64,000 nucleotides of DNA from Nanobdellota archaeon (GTDB lineage Archaea; Nanobdellota; Nanobdellia; Pacearchaeales; GW2011-AR1), in assembly GCA_030647125.1 (NCBI GenBank), contig JAUSKC010000013.1, positions 2,249 to 66,248 on the forward strand, in the 5' to 3' direction. Within the stretch, counting starts at the first letter, position 1; the number at the start of each line of letters is the position of its first letter. Both the position numbers and the translations under genes were made by a program. The notes below the pieces were generated by a model. The model was given only the letters and a program-made list of their open reading frames with translations, did no database searches and was not told the DNA's origin. Shown piece by piece: positions 1 to 10,274 of the stretch.

Positions 1-723
1 AAATTCGGCCGGTTCGATCCATACCAGCCAATTGCGCAGCAAATCGATCTTCCTCCAACTTTAATAAATCGTTTCGATATAATTTTTACTCTGCGTGACA
101 TTCCAGACGCATCAAAAGATGAAAGAATTGCTATGCATGTTTTGCGCGAGCACAAGTCCGATACAAAAACAACAGTTATTCCAGTGGAATTATTCAGAAA
201 ATACGTCGCGTATGCCAAGCAAAGAATAAAACCCGAACTTTCTGAAGAAGCAATTTTAGAATTAAAAAAATTTTATGTTGATTTAAGAAACGCGCCTGTT
301 TCATCAGAATCAGGAATGCGTCCAATTCCAATTTCAGCCCGTCAATTAAACGCTTTGATAAGAATGTCAGAAGCAATGGCAAAAATAAAGTTAAATAAAA
401 ACGTGTCGAAAGAAGACGCCAAAGTTTCTATAGAAATTATGAAATATTATCTTATGCAAGTTGGATACGATTACGAATCTAAGACATTCGACATAGACAG
501 ATTTACAACCTCGATGGCATCCTCTCAAAGGTCAAAGGTCTTTTTAGTGCGAGACATAATAACTTCATTGGAAGAAAAATTAGGAAAATTAATTCCGGTT
601 GAAGAAGTCGAAAATGCGCTTGATGGAAAAATGACAAAAGCCGAAATTGAAGAGGCATTAACAAAATTAAAATCATCTGGGGATGTCTTCAATCCGCGTA
701 GGGGCTACGTGCAGAAAACTTAA
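1..723 (+). CDS. mcm: MCM replicative helicase, C-terminal part (5' end lies outside window)
   Basis: Frame 1 is open from nt 1 (KFGRFDPYQPIAQQIDLPPTLINRFDIIFTLRD...), continuous with the listed ORF 133..723; ...RQLNALIRMSEAMAKIKL matches the MCM AAA+ lid/C-terminal winged-helix region. Confidence 0.85.
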   Translation, partial: KFGRFDPYQPIAQQIDLPPTLINRFDIIFTLRDIPDASKDERIAMHVLREHKSDTKTTVIPVELFRKYVAYAKQRIKPELSEEAILELKKFYVDLRNAPVSSESGMRPIPISARQLNALIRMSEAMAKIKLNKNVSKEDAKVSIEIMKYYLMQVGYDYESKTFDIDRFTTSMASSQRSKVFLVRDIITSLEEKLGKLIPVEEVENALDGKMTKAEIEEALTKLKSSGDVFNPRRGYVQKT

Positions 724-803
724 CCTCATAAAAACTTATAAATAAACTAAGTTTTTCCAAATTACAAAGGAAGTTGAATGTCAAGAAACCTTAGTGTCTT
801 ACA

Positions 804-1436
804 ATGGCAATAGAAACACAGCAATTCAAAAGAAACGTTGCATATAAATTCCGAATCGGAGATTTGCTAATTGGAAAACCTGTATTAGATGGAGAAAAAT
901 TCACCTTCTTGGAATTGGGAAACAAACAAATTGTAAGAGTAAATATCATTGGAAACATAGTAGACCGTTATGATTCTCAAGGCGAAAAGAAATACACTTT
1001 CTTAACTTTGGATGACGGTTCAGGACAAATTTCATTAAAAACATTTGGAGATGACATAGAAAAATTCAAAAACTTCACACAAGGCCTAACTGTTGCAATC
1101 ATTGGCGTCTTAAGATACTTCAACAATCAACTCTATATCTCTCCAGAAATAATAAAAGAACAAGACCCAAAATATTTACTCGTGAGAAAACTTGAACTAG
1201 AAAAAGAACGCTCTTCAAATTTCACACCTATGCAAAGAGAGCAAATAACCGCTGTAAGAGATAACATCTTGGATAAAATAAGAGATGCAGAAAACGCCGG
1301 AGGAATTGACAAAGAGGACTTGATAATGCAGCTCCGCAATTTCTCACCAGACATAATAAATCAAGAGATAAAAAAACTTCTTGAAGACGGAATTATATTC
1401 GAACCGCGCCCAGGTAAAGTTAGATGGTTGGGATAA
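804..1436 (+). CDS. RPA32-like ssDNA-binding protein (OB fold + C-terminal winged helix)
   Basis: N-terminal OB-fold-like pattern (FRIGDLLIGKPVLDGEKFTFLELGN...LTLDDGSGQISLKTFGDD) and C-terminal wH-like segment; lies directly downstream of MCM. Confidence 0.5.
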   Translation: MAIETQQFKRNVAYKFRIGDLLIGKPVLDGEKFTFLELGNKQIVRVNIIGNIVDRYDSQGEKKYTFLTLDDGSGQISLKTFGDDIEKFKNFTQGLTVAIIGVLRYFNNQLYISPEIIKEQDPKYLLVRKLELEKERSSNFTPMQREQITAVRDNILDKIRDAENAGGIDKEDLIMQLRNFSPDIINQEIKKLLEDGIIFEPRPGKVRWLG

Positions 1437-1437
1437 C

Positions 1438-1953
1438 TTAATTTCTTATATCAAAATCTTGATAATCTATTTTAACCGGCTTGCCATTTTGAAGGAGTTG
1501 AACAAGTTCCGCTCTTCCCGAATTTGTAACATCAACTTCAACAGTAATATTTTGTGTTGGAATCTCAGCGTTCCTCTCAAAGAAATATTGTTCAATCCCA
1601 TATTCAACATTAGCTCTGTTACCATAAATATATGTGACCTTGCCCTTGATAAAATCCCCTTGCGAGGGTCTGCTTTTTGAACTATCAACAAGTCTCCAAA
1701 TCCCCTCGGCATCTTCTTTTAATTTAACATAAACAGTATCCCCTGATTCAAGATTAGTTGAATTTAATATAGATATCTCATAATTTATCTGCATATATTG
1801 CCCCCTTAATGGATCAAAAGGATCAACAGGCCTCGTATCAAGAACAATCTTCTTTCCAGTAAGGTGCGGCCATTCATTGTATAATAAAAAAGAAACAACT
1901 ACTAAAAGAACGACAAGCGACACAATAATTACAGATATTAATTGTTTTTTCAT
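1438..1953 (-). CDS. GDYXXLXY-domain protein, N-terminal membrane anchor
   Basis: N-terminal TM helix; motif GQYMQINY (GDYXXLXY-like); 4-nt overlap with upstream membrane protein gene (operon). Confidence 0.55.
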   Translation of the reverse strand: MKKQLISVIIVSLVVLLVVVSFLLYNEWPHLTGKKIVLDTRPVDPFDPLRGQYMQINYEISILNSTNLESGDTVYVKLKEDAEGIWRLVDSSKSRPSQGDFIKGKVTYIYGNRANVEYGIEQYFFERNAEIPTQNITVEVDVTNSGRAELVQLLQNGKPVKIDYQDFDIRN

Positions 1954-3569
1954 ATTTCTTGTTGAGCCTCAATTATAAGATTTTTTCTCCATTTTGGAAT
2001 TAACCATGCTCCTAAAATTAATATCATTCCACCCAATATTGCCAGTATACTAAAAGCAAGATAACCTGAAAAATTCATCCAAAATCCAATATATCTAGAA
2101 ATAATTTCTAATATAAATGCTATTAATCCAAGATTAATTATCTTAGTTGAACCTACAAATTGGCCATACCATAAAATTAAGATAATAAATCCTATAAAAA
2201 ATACATTTATAATTAACCATAAAACCCAAACTCCAAAAGGCATTAAATTATCTTCTCCAATAATACTTCCTATATAACCTCCTGCACCCCAGCTACAACC
2301 AGTTTCACTTAAACAACTATCTTTTTGATTATTATGAGTTCTACAAGTATTGTATAAAGAGTCAGATGCAAGTTCTTTATATTCCCTTTCACATCTTCCT
2401 CCAATCAAAATACATTTCGCCCCAGAAGGAGCAGAATTACAAGAGGATTCATTTAAGTTATAACAATCAAATTCCTGACAATAGCCTGCATTAGGAACAT
2501 TTGCATTATTTTGAGATTGCCATTTACAGCCCAATGTTGAAAGAGCTGCATTACACAGAGATTCCGTATCATAATTATAACAATTTTGAATCTCACAATA
2601 ACCTACTCCATTATCTCGCACAATCCACCCACAATTAAGATCAGCAGGTGCGCTATTGCATTCAGCCAATTTTTCAAAATTGTAACACTGTGTAGGAGAA
2701 CATGCACCAATCGCGCCTGCTGCAGATTTAGTGAACAATGCAAGAATAAAAAGAAGTATAAACACTCCAATAAATATCAATATTTCCTTAACATTCAATT
2801 CTCTTTTGCTTGCAGCAAATAAAATGGAAAGAATAAAAATAGCATAAGAAATCACTATAAATAAAATTAAGAATAAAGAAAACGCGCTTGCATCAAATTC
2901 ATAAGCTCCTAAAAGAGGTTGTATGCTCTGAAAACTAAGAATATAAAAGATAACAAGGAAATAAAACACTGTCCAAAATCTATACAAATTTGCAAAAGGA
3001 TGTTTTATTGCTTTATGAAAGATATTCAACCCATATAATAAAAGCCCCATGGTTAAAAATATAAAAACAAAAATTATAACCATCGCACTACCATCACGAA
3101 TTGCGTCTTCAACAGTAACCATATACTGCATAATCAACCACGGAAAAAAAAGAACAATTCCACCAAGTAAATTTTCTGGGGAATTTAACACATAAGCAAT
3201 AAAAATTAAAAAAAACCAACAAAAAAGAAAAAGCCAGGTCACCCCTTGAAGAGTAACATTAGTTGAATAAATTTGAGCAATTAGAAAAACACTTAAAACA
3301 TACAGGCCGCCCCCAAGTAAAATTAAAGCTCTTGCAATATATTCATGCTCTTGTGTTCTGATTAAAACTCCAACAATAAAAGCAAGTAAAGTAGAAAAAA
3401 CTAAAATAGACACTTTAAGAAAATCTGGAATATCATGCCAATTGTAAGCAATAATCCACGCAACCCCAACGAGAACCAAAATAGCCCCAATAATCGAAAC
3501 TATATTCAAGAAGAAAGACCCTTTCTTATCATTCTTTATCCATGTCATAATAAAAATAAGTTTCTGCAC
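1950..3569 (-). CDS. polytopic membrane protein (DUF2157-like) with ~150-aa Cys-rich extracytoplasmic insert
   Basis: Multiple hydrophobic helices at both ends; central segment CSPTQCYNFEKLAECNSAPADLNCGW...CEREYKELASDSLYNTC with ~25 Cys; paired with a GDYXXLXY gene as typical for DUF2157. Confidence 0.5.
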   Translation of the reverse strand: MQKLIFIMTWIKNDKKGSFFLNIVSIIGAILVLVGVAWIIAYNWHDIPDFLKVSILVFSTLLAFIVGVLIRTQEHEYIARALILLGGGLYVLSVFLIAQIYSTNVTLQGVTWLFLFCWFFLIFIAYVLNSPENLLGGIVLFFPWLIMQYMVTVEDAIRDGSAMVIIFVFIFLTMGLLLYGLNIFHKAIKHPFANLYRFWTVFYFLVIFYILSFQSIQPLLGAYEFDASAFSLFLILFIVISYAIFILSILFAASKRELNVKEILIFIGVFILLFILALFTKSAAGAIGACSPTQCYNFEKLAECNSAPADLNCGWIVRDNGVGYCEIQNCYNYDTESLCNAALSTLGCKWQSQNNANVPNAGYCQEFDCYNLNESSCNSAPSGAKCILIGGRCEREYKELASDSLYNTCRTHNNQKDSCLSETGCSWGAGGYIGSIIGEDNLMPFGVWVLWLIINVFFIGFIILILWYGQFVGSTKIINLGLIAFILEIISRYIGFWMNFSGYLAFSILAILGGMILILGAWLIPKWRKNLIIEAQQEI

Positions 3570-4095
3570 TTTTTAAATTTGTTGAAAAATCAAAACTATT
3601 CAAGATTGTGCCTTCTTTCGGCCTCTGCAATAATATCAATAAAAAGAGAAGAGAATAAACCAAATGCGCTGGCAAACAGACCAAAAACATCCAAAAAATC
3701 TACTTGTATTAATTGTAATGTAAGATAAATAAAAATAAAGAACTCAATAATCTTAGAAAATATCTTTAATCTGTCAATAGAAATCATTTTATAAAAGACT
3801 TCTAATTATTGCAAAGACCAGCAAAGCAAGAGCCAGAAACCCAATAATCCAAGCAACCCATTGCAAAACAGAAATCTTCTCTTTCTTTGGCATAAACAAT
3901 AAAAGAGTTTGTTCTTTTTAAATTTGTCCTCTCTTACGCATTTTATCAAAATTCAATCTATAATAATTAGAAAAAATCAAAGCCGCAATTCCTGCATGAA
4001 TAAACTTTCATAGGAAAATCTAATCTCCCATTTTTAAAAGAATCAATAATTTTATTCATAAAAATTCAAAGAGAAATTAATATTTAATTTTATTG

Positions 4096-4395
4096 TTATT
4101 CTTGATATCTCTTCTTAACAGTTACTTCTTCTTTAAGAACACCTTCATAAGCCTTAGCCAATTGAACCGCCATGTCAAAATAAACAGGACTATAAACGCT
4201 TACTCTTGGATGAATTAAATTGCCAAAATGAATAATTGGAGATCTTTCCTGTCCTCTATACACTCCTATATAATCACTGGAATCTTGAGTTGTTAAAAAC
4301 CCATTACCCACAAGTTCCTTAGTAAGTTCAACTAAACGACTATAATTATCCCTTTCTTGAATATCTTCTTTTGTTAAACCTTCTATTTTAACCAT
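4096..4395 (-). CDS. hypothetical protein
   Basis: 99-aa ORF in otherwise non-coding space, good RBS-like context; no recognisable motif. Confidence 0.3.
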   Translation of the reverse strand: MVKIEGLTKEDIQERDNYSRLVELTKELVGNGFLTTQDSSDYIGVYRGQERSPIIHFGNLIHPRVSVYSPVYFDMAVQLAKAYEGVLKEEVTVKKRYQE

Positions 4396-4455
4396 CTATT
4401 TTTAATAAAATACTTATTTATAAAAATTTATATACTATCTCAAAAACAGATTATC

Positions 4456-4866
4456 ATGGAAAGCTACGAACAAATGCTCAATGACGCGTTCTCAAAAATA
4501 AAGCAGCCGCAAGGAACTGGCGAACGTTTTGAAATCCCTACAGCCGAAGGCCGATTTGAAGGGAAAAAAACAATCATAACAAATTTCGCGCAGTTAGTTG
4601 ATATTTTAAGAAGGCCAAAAGAACACTTTGCAAAATTTCTTTCAAAAGAAACAGCAACTCAAACGCAAATAGACGGAGACCGTCTAATATTAAACAACAA
4701 AGTCCCTTCTTCAAAGATAAATCAAAAAATTGAACAATACACAAAAGAGTTCGTTCTTTGCAATGAATGTGGAAAACCCGACACTGAATTAACAAAAGAA
4801 GACAGAATAACAATAAAACACTGTCTTGCATGCGGCGCAAAGCACCCCGTAAGATCAAAAATTTAA
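4456..4866 (+). CDS. eif2b: translation initiation factor aIF-2 beta subunit
   Basis: C-terminal zinc ribbon CNECGKPDTEL...HCLACGA and conserved aIF2-beta core (ILRRPKEHFAKFLSKE). Confidence 0.85.
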   Translation: MESYEQMLNDAFSKIKQPQGTGERFEIPTAEGRFEGKKTIITNFAQLVDILRRPKEHFAKFLSKETATQTQIDGDRLILNNKVPSSKINQKIEQYTKEFVLCNECGKPDTELTKEDRITIKHCLACGAKHPVRSKI

Positions 4867-4969
4867 TTGCACAAACTAGTTTTCTCGCACAATAACCTTT
4901 AAATAAACACCTTTTCTACTAAAATTAGATTCATTGAATCCTAAGCAATAAAATAAAGAAGGAGGAAAA

Positions 4970-5110
4970 ATGGAAGCATACTGTGTTAAGTGTAAAGCAA
5001 AAAGAGAGATGAAAGACGGAAAAGAGTCAAAAACCGTTAAAGGCGTACGCATGATGAAAGGCAAGTGCCCTAAATGTGATACAACAATGTGCCGAATTCT
5101 CGGCAAGTAA
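4970..5110 (+). CDS. small zinc-ribbon protein (46 aa)
   Basis: ATG preceded by AAGGAGG; MEAYCVKCKAKREMKDGKESKTVKGVRMMKGKCPKCDTTMCRILGK with two CxxC pairs; below the 60-aa ORF cutoff, so absent from the track. Confidence 0.5.
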   Translation: MEAYCVKCKAKREMKDGKESKTVKGVRMMKGKCPKCDTTMCRILGK

Positions 5111-5181
5111 ACAATTTATTTTTATTTTTTACTATCTTTTTTAATCACAAAACTTAAAACCCCCAATCTTTTTCTCCAATT

Positions 5182-5481
5182 ATGATTTCAGTAAAAATTC
5201 ATAGATCTTACAGAGAGGTTGTTGCAATTGCCGATTCTGACTTAATTGGAAAAATCTTTGAAGAGGGAAACTTGCAGCTCAACGTCAAAGAAAATTTCTA
5301 CAAAGACAAAGAGCTTAATTTTGAAGAGGCAGTTGAGTTAATGATAGACCAAAAAAAAGAAGACGCAACTTTCAATATTATTGGGAAAAACGCAGTCAGC
5401 GCCGCGCTTGAAGCAGGAATCATATCTGAAGAAGGAATAAACGAAGTTCAGGACATTCCGTTCGCACTTGTACTTCTTTAA
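5182..5481 (+). CDS. DUF424-like small protein
   Basis: MISVKIHRSYREVVAIADSDLIGK... pattern resembles archaeal DUF424 family. Confidence 0.4.
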   Translation: MISVKIHRSYREVVAIADSDLIGKIFEEGNLQLNVKENFYKDKELNFEEAVELMIDQKKEDATFNIIGKNAVSAALEAGIISEEGINEVQDIPFALVLL

Positions 5482-5520
5482 TCTAAAAAAACTTATAAAC
5501 CATATTTAAATCCATTTATT

Positions 5521-5874
5521 ATGCCTGAAGAATTTAATGACGAAGAATCAGAAGAAAATTTAGAAAATAGTTCTGAAAACGGAGAAATAAAAATCCGAGT
5601 AAAGCTTCCAAGAGGGGAAGAAGTAATTGGAATTATAGAACAGCGTCTTGGAGGAAATAAAATGCTTGTTAATTGTCTTGATGGAAAAACTAGAAATTGT
5701 AGAGTTCCAGGCAGATTGAAAAGGCAATTGTGGTTAAGGCCTGGAGACGTCGTCATAATAGAACCTTGGGAACTAGACAAAGAAAAAGGCGATGTAATCT
5801 TCAAATACCGCCCCGGACAAGTCGACTGGCTCAGAAGAAAAGGATATTTGGAAGCAAAATCAAATGAATTTTGA
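5521..5874 (+). CDS. eif1a: translation initiation factor aIF-1A
   Basis: S1-like OB fold VKLPRGEEVIGIIEQRLGGNKMLVNCLDGKTRNCRVPGRLKRQLWLRPGDVVII is canonical eIF-1A. Confidence 0.9.
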   Translation: MPEEFNDEESEENLENSSENGEIKIRVKLPRGEEVIGIIEQRLGGNKMLVNCLDGKTRNCRVPGRLKRQLWLRPGDVVIIEPWELDKEKGDVIFKYRPGQVDWLRRKGYLEAKSNEF

Positions 5875-5908
5875 TAAAACTTATAACCTTTAATTTATTC
5901 TAAATAAC

Positions 5909-6436
5909 ATGATAAAAATTATTGCAGAAAAACCAAAAAGAATTTTGCTCTTGGAAAAACAGCTTGAAAGCGAACTCAAAGTCAAGATTTCAAACAAAGG
6001 AAGAGAATTCTCATTAGACGGAACTCCTGAAAGAGAATATTTTGCAGAAAAAATTATTTTAGCAATTGACTTTGGTTTTGAACATTCAGACGCAATGCTT
6101 CTCAACGACGAAGATTTCCTTTTTGAAGTTTTAAACATAAAGGAATACACAAAAAAAGATAATTTGGAAAGAATAAGAGGAAGAATAATAGGAACAGAAA
6201 GAAAAACTCTTGATACTTTGGAACAACTTACAGATTGTTTTTTCCAATTAAGAAATAATCAAGTTGCAATTATAGGCCCATCAGAAAGAATAAAATACGC
6301 GGAAGAAGCAATAATAAATTTAGTCAAAGGAACAAAACAGGCAAATGTGTATGCCCGTTTGGAAAAACACAGGCCAGAGCCAATTCTTGACCTTGGCTTA
6401 AAAGAAAAATTCAAAAAAGCAAATAAAAACTTTTAA
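5909..6436 (+). CDS. KH-domain RNA-binding protein (Dim2/Pno1-like)
   Basis: Two KH-like segments with GxxG-type loops (IIGTERKTLDTLEQ, IIGPSERIKYAEE); the eIF2beta/aIF1A/Dim2 neighbourhood is typical in archaea. Confidence 0.6.
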   Translation: MIKIIAEKPKRILLLEKQLESELKVKISNKGREFSLDGTPEREYFAEKIILAIDFGFEHSDAMLLNDEDFLFEVLNIKEYTKKDNLERIRGRIIGTERKTLDTLEQLTDCFFQLRNNQVAIIGPSERIKYAEEAIINLVKGTKQANVYARLEKHRPEPILDLGLKEKFKKANKNF

Positions 6437-6462
6437 ATATCAATTCTCCGCAGATTATTTAT

Positions 6463-6535
6463 GTCCCGGTAGCTCAGTCGGTAGAGCACATGACTGTTAA
6501 TCATGGGGTCGTAGGTTCGAGTCCTGCTCGGGACG
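6463..6535 (+). tRNA. tRNA-Asn(GTT)
   Basis: 73-nt cloverleaf: acceptor GTCCCGG/TCGGGAC, anticodon stem CATGA/TCATG, loop CTGTTAA, T-loop TTCGAGT; TATA-like TTTTAAATAT centred ~28 nt upstream. Confidence 0.85.
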
Positions 6536-6572
6536 TTTTATAATTATAGAGGATAATTCTAAAGTTGAGAAA

Positions 6573-7472
6573 TCAATTTAACATTTTGTTATATGCTTGA
6601 GCTGCTTCTGCTTGATCTTTTGGCGTTGAACCAGCCCCATTTGGAAACATCAAAGCCCTGCCAACATTAACAATTAACCGTTCTCTACTGAATTGTTTTT
6701 TCAAAAGATCAACTTCACCGCCCTGAGCTCCAACACCTGGAACAAGAATTAATCCATTGTAAATTCCAGAAACATTTTGTATTTCATAACCTTTAATATG
6801 ATTTTTATCACTTGGAGCGCCAATAACTAATCCATCAACTCCAGCAGCTTCTGATCTTTTAGCTATATCAACATATTTTCTTACGCAAAGTTTATCATCT
6901 ATAAGTTTTAAATCAACACCAGCTGGAATAGGATAACTAGCTTCAATCCAAGAATTTTTTTCCTTTTCAAACTCAGGATTACTCATAATGCACATACTAA
7001 TTAATCCCAAATCGCGTTTATGTGCTTGTAAAGCTGCTTCTTCTAAATTTCCAGCAAATGGAGAAAAAGTCACAGCATCATAAGCTTTATCTTGTGTAAA
7101 ACAAAAACCACTATCATTAGTTGAACCAATATCTCTTCTCTTAGAATCTTCAATAACAACTAATCCTTTCGAATGAGCTAAATAAACAATTTCACCCAAA
7201 GATTCAACATCATCTATTCCTTCCCAATAATTTGTATTTGGCTTCAAAGCCACACAAAAAGGAGCAACAGCTTCGATATACTTTAAAGCCCAATCTCTTT
7301 TATTCACTCCTTTAGGCAATACGTCCTTTCCTTCTCTCGACCCATATTCAGCAGGATCTAACCCCGCACATAAAATGCTTCCTCCTTCCTGAACTCTTTC
7401 GATATATTTTTGTTGAAAATTGTTTTCCATTTTAATTAAGTCCCAATCTCCTTTTAACTTCATTTGAACCAT
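6573..7472 (-). CDS. pyrF: orotidine 5'-phosphate decarboxylase
   Basis: GLDP..., KPNTNYWEG, DxKRRDIGST motifs of OMP decarboxylase. Confidence 0.8.
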   Translation of the reverse strand: MVQMKLKGDWDLIKMENNFQQKYIERVQEGGSILCAGLDPAEYGSREGKDVLPKGVNKRDWALKYIEAVAPFCVALKPNTNYWEGIDDVESLGEIVYLAHSKGLVVIEDSKRRDIGSTNDSGFCFTQDKAYDAVTFSPFAGNLEEAALQAHKRDLGLISMCIMSNPEFEKEKNSWIEASYPIPAGVDLKLIDDKLCVRKYVDIAKRSEAAGVDGLVIGAPSDKNHIKGYEIQNVSGIYNGLILVPGVGAQGGEVDLLKKQFSRERLIVNVGRALMFPNGAGSTPKDQAEAAQAYNKMLN

Positions 7473-8127
7473 ACCTACTTAAATAATCTTTAACTGAACC
7501 CAAATATTCTGATTTAGTTTCTTCTAAATATTCTAAAATATCAAAAATAGAGATATAAGAAAGAACAGGAACTCCTGTGCTTTTAGTGAACAATTCCGTC
7601 GCGCTCACCCCATCATTTACAGATTCGCATCTGTCTAATAAAATATAACACCCATCAATAGAAACATTATTCGCTGCCGCTTTAATTAATTCAACTGCCT
7701 CTTGTTTTGTTTCACCTGTAGTAAGAACATCTTCAGTAATTATCACATGGTCATTATCTTTAATACTTCCAACAACTTTTGCCGACAAGCCACCTTTTGT
7801 TCCTTCACCATGATCTTTCACTTCTTTTCTGTCATAAGCATATCTAACATTTCTCCCGTAACTCCACAAGGAAGAAGCTGCCGCGCTGGACAAAGTTATT
7901 CCTTTGTATGCCGGACCAAATATCAAGCTGAGTTCTCTAGGAGAATCGTGTCTCTGAATCATAGAAGCAAAAACATTTCCAATATAAGAAATGCTTTCTC
8001 CGTCATCATAATTTCCTGCATTAAAAAACATTGGGGATATCCGCCCGCTTTTCAAACGAAACTCACCAAATCTTAAAACATCTTTTCGAATAGAAAACTC
8101 AATAAACTCTTTTTTATAATCATCCAT
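7432..8127 (-). CDS. pyrE: orotate phosphoribosyltransferase
   Basis: PRPP-binding motif VIITEDVLTTGET; overlaps pyrF start (operon). Confidence 0.75.
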   Translation of the reverse strand: MDDYKKEFIEFSIRKDVLRFGEFRLKSGRISPMFFNAGNYDDGESISYIGNVFASMIQRHDSPRELSLIFGPAYKGITLSSAAASSLWSYGRNVRYAYDRKEVKDHGEGTKGGLSAKVVGSIKDNDHVIITEDVLTTGETKQEAVELIKAAANNVSIDGCYILLDRCESVNDGVSATELFTKSTGVPVLSYISIFDILEYLEETKSEYLGSVKDYLSRYGSNEVKRRLGLN

Positions 8128-8484
8128 TATTCACAAAAAGAAAGTAATCGTTTATAAAAATTCTCGTTCTTAAAAACAAACATTTTTTAACCACTTTTAT
8201 CCAATAAATTTTATGAAAAAACAATTTTTCACACTATCAAAATGGGTAATAGTTTCAACAGTGATTTTATTCATTTTAAATGTAATTCTCATACTTCAAC
8301 TTATTCCTGTTCTTGAGTCTCAAACATTAAATGCTAAAATAGTAAATGCAATAGTTTCACCACCAAATTTTATAATAGAAGATCTTTTAGGAATTAACAG
8401 CATTAAATTTTTTGATATTTTAACTTGGATACTTCAATTTATTTACGATTACATTCTAATCCTTATCATAAGATATATAATAAA

Positions 8485-9594
8485 ATGAAAACCAAAATAT
8501 TGCTGGCAATGTCCGGAGGTGTCGATTCCAGTGTTGCTGCACTTTTATTAAAAAAGCAGGGCTATGAGATAATAGGAGCGTTCATGAAAAATTGGTCTGA
8601 CACAAAAGATCCTTTGACCGGAGAATGTAACTGGAGAAGCGAGCGCACCCAAGCAATAAAAATTGCTTCAATTCTTAACATCCCACTAATAACTTTGGAC
8701 TTTGAAAAGCAATACAAGTCCCAAGTTGTAGATGAAATGTTCAAAAAATATAAATTAGGAATAACTCCAAATCCCGACGTGGACTGCAATAACAAAGTAA
8801 AGTTCCCTTTATTATGGAAAGCTGCAAAAAAATTAAATTGTGATTTAATCGCAACAGGCCATTATGCTTGTATAAAAGAAATAAAAAACAAAATAGAACT
8901 GCACAGAGCAAAAGATGAATCAAAAGACCAATCATATTTTATTTACCGGTTAAAGGAGTTCGATCTTTCACACACTTTATTCCCTATAGGTAACTATACA
9001 AAAAAGCAAATTCGTGAAATAGCAGAAAAAAACAAATTTCCTAATTACAATAAAAAATCAACCGTAGGAATTTGCTTCATTGGAAAAGTAAATCTTAAGA
9101 ACTTTTTGAAAAATAAAATTAAGCCAAAAAAAGGCAACATATTAAATCCTGAAGGAAGAATAATAGGAACTCACGACGGAATTTATTATTATACAATAGG
9201 GCAAAGAATCGGCCCGAGATTCGGAATTAATATCAACAAAGGAATTTACGACTCAAACCCGTCCCAAATGAGTCGTTGGTATGTCGCAAAAAAAGATGTA
9301 AAAACAAACACACTAACAGCCGCTCCGGAAGGGCATAAAATATTATTAAGAAGAAATATAATAATAAAAGATGCACACTGGATTAACAATGAATTATCAA
9401 AAACAAAATCTCATAAGGTCTTTTCAAGAATACGCCAAGTTGGAGAATTAATTCCTTCAATTTTGAAATACAATTCAAAATCTAAAAAATGGAATGTAAC
9501 TCTAAACAAAGCAATAACCGGAATCAGCGAAGGCCAGGCAGTAGTTCTTTACCAAAAAACAAAATGCATTGGCGGCGGAGTGATATCTTTTTGA
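8485..9594 (+). CDS. mnmA: tRNA-specific 2-thiouridylase MnmA (bacterial-type)
   Basis: PP-loop SGGVDSSVAA, DPLTGECNWRSE, CNNKVKFPLL, ATGHYA; start moved to internal MKTKIL (nt 8485) because the upstream 20 codons overlap a hydrophobic ORF. Confidence 0.8.
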   Translation: MKTKILLAMSGGVDSSVAALLLKKQGYEIIGAFMKNWSDTKDPLTGECNWRSERTQAIKIASILNIPLITLDFEKQYKSQVVDEMFKKYKLGITPNPDVDCNNKVKFPLLWKAAKKLNCDLIATGHYACIKEIKNKIELHRAKDESKDQSYFIYRLKEFDLSHTLFPIGNYTKKQIREIAEKNKFPNYNKKSTVGICFIGKVNLKNFLKNKIKPKKGNILNPEGRIIGTHDGIYYYTIGQRIGPRFGININKGIYDSNPSQMSRWYVAKKDVKTNTLTAAPEGHKILLRRNIIIKDAHWINNELSKTKSHKVFSRIRQVGELIPSILKYNSKSKKWNVTLNKAITGISEGQAVVLYQKTKCIGGGVISF

Positions 9595-9632
9595 ATATAA
9601 AAAGTTAAATAATAAAGTTTTATACCAAATTA

Positions 9633-10235
9633 ATGAAAAATAAATTGGAAAGGTTTTGGCACTATTGGACTGACAAAATACATCTTTCGGATCACAAAGA
9701 AACACGATCATATCCCACATCTGGAGATGGTCACAGCTTCAGAGATAGTTATGAAACAGAAGAAATTATTACCCCTATTTACGGAACAAGATTAGGAACA
9801 CTAGTAACAGGGGTCATTACAACTGCCCTTTTTGCAGGATTAGGACTTCTCATTTATACTGGAATAAAAGATAAAAGATTACAAGAAAGATCATATGAAG
9901 AAAACAAATCACTCACAACAAAAGTATATTCAAAAGCTTGGGGGGATGATTACATCTTAAATGAAGAAGAAACGCGACAATTAATTAGGGACTTAAAAAT
10001 ACCTTATCCAGAAGAAAAACCGCTTAGCTATGCTAAAAAAAGTAAATGGAAACATTATTTTCCAAATGGAAGTTACCGTGAATTTGACCATATCACTACT
10101 CATACTCTTGAACTAGAACTTCACCCAACAACAAAAGGAGCTAACTGGGAAATCTCAAACATATTCCTTAAAGAAAATGAAAGAGGAGAAATAACTCATG
10201 AAGCACTTAAAAACTATATAAATAAAAATCAATAA
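9633..10235 (+). CDS. hypothetical membrane protein
   Basis: 200-aa ORF with one central TM helix (LGTLVTGVITTALFAGLGLLIYTGI). Confidence 0.3.
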   Translation: MKNKLERFWHYWTDKIHLSDHKETRSYPTSGDGHSFRDSYETEEIITPIYGTRLGTLVTGVITTALFAGLGLLIYTGIKDKRLQERSYEENKSLTTKVYSKAWGDDYILNEEETRQLIRDLKIPYPEEKPLSYAKKSKWKHYFPNGSYREFDHITTHTLELELHPTTKGANWEISNIFLKENERGEITHEALKNYINKNQ

Positions 10236-10274
10236 ACTCAAAACATTTTTAATCTGATGTTTCTTATATAAATC

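Noticed and set aside
194-382. Antisense/embedded ORFs from the six-frame track (e.g. 194..382, 1133..1354, 2586..2822, 4574..4858, 4876..5106, 7702..8076, 11844..12092, 15292..15528, 18306..18488, 23665..23976, 24033..24329, 28451..29005, 35102..35452, 35731..36272, 47420..47955, 55073..55273, 57108..57456, 58915..59332, 61011..61309 and similar)
   Set aside because: Each lies inside, and mostly antisense to, a longer ORF with clear homology-level motifs. They show low-complexity or hydrophobic junk translations typical of AT-rich genomes. Treated as non-coding.
8425-8484. Upstream extension of the MnmA ORF (MDTSIYLRLHSNPYHKIYNK)
   Set aside because: Not part of MnmA homology and overlaps the hydrophobic ORF 8213..8488; the start was placed at MKTKIL.
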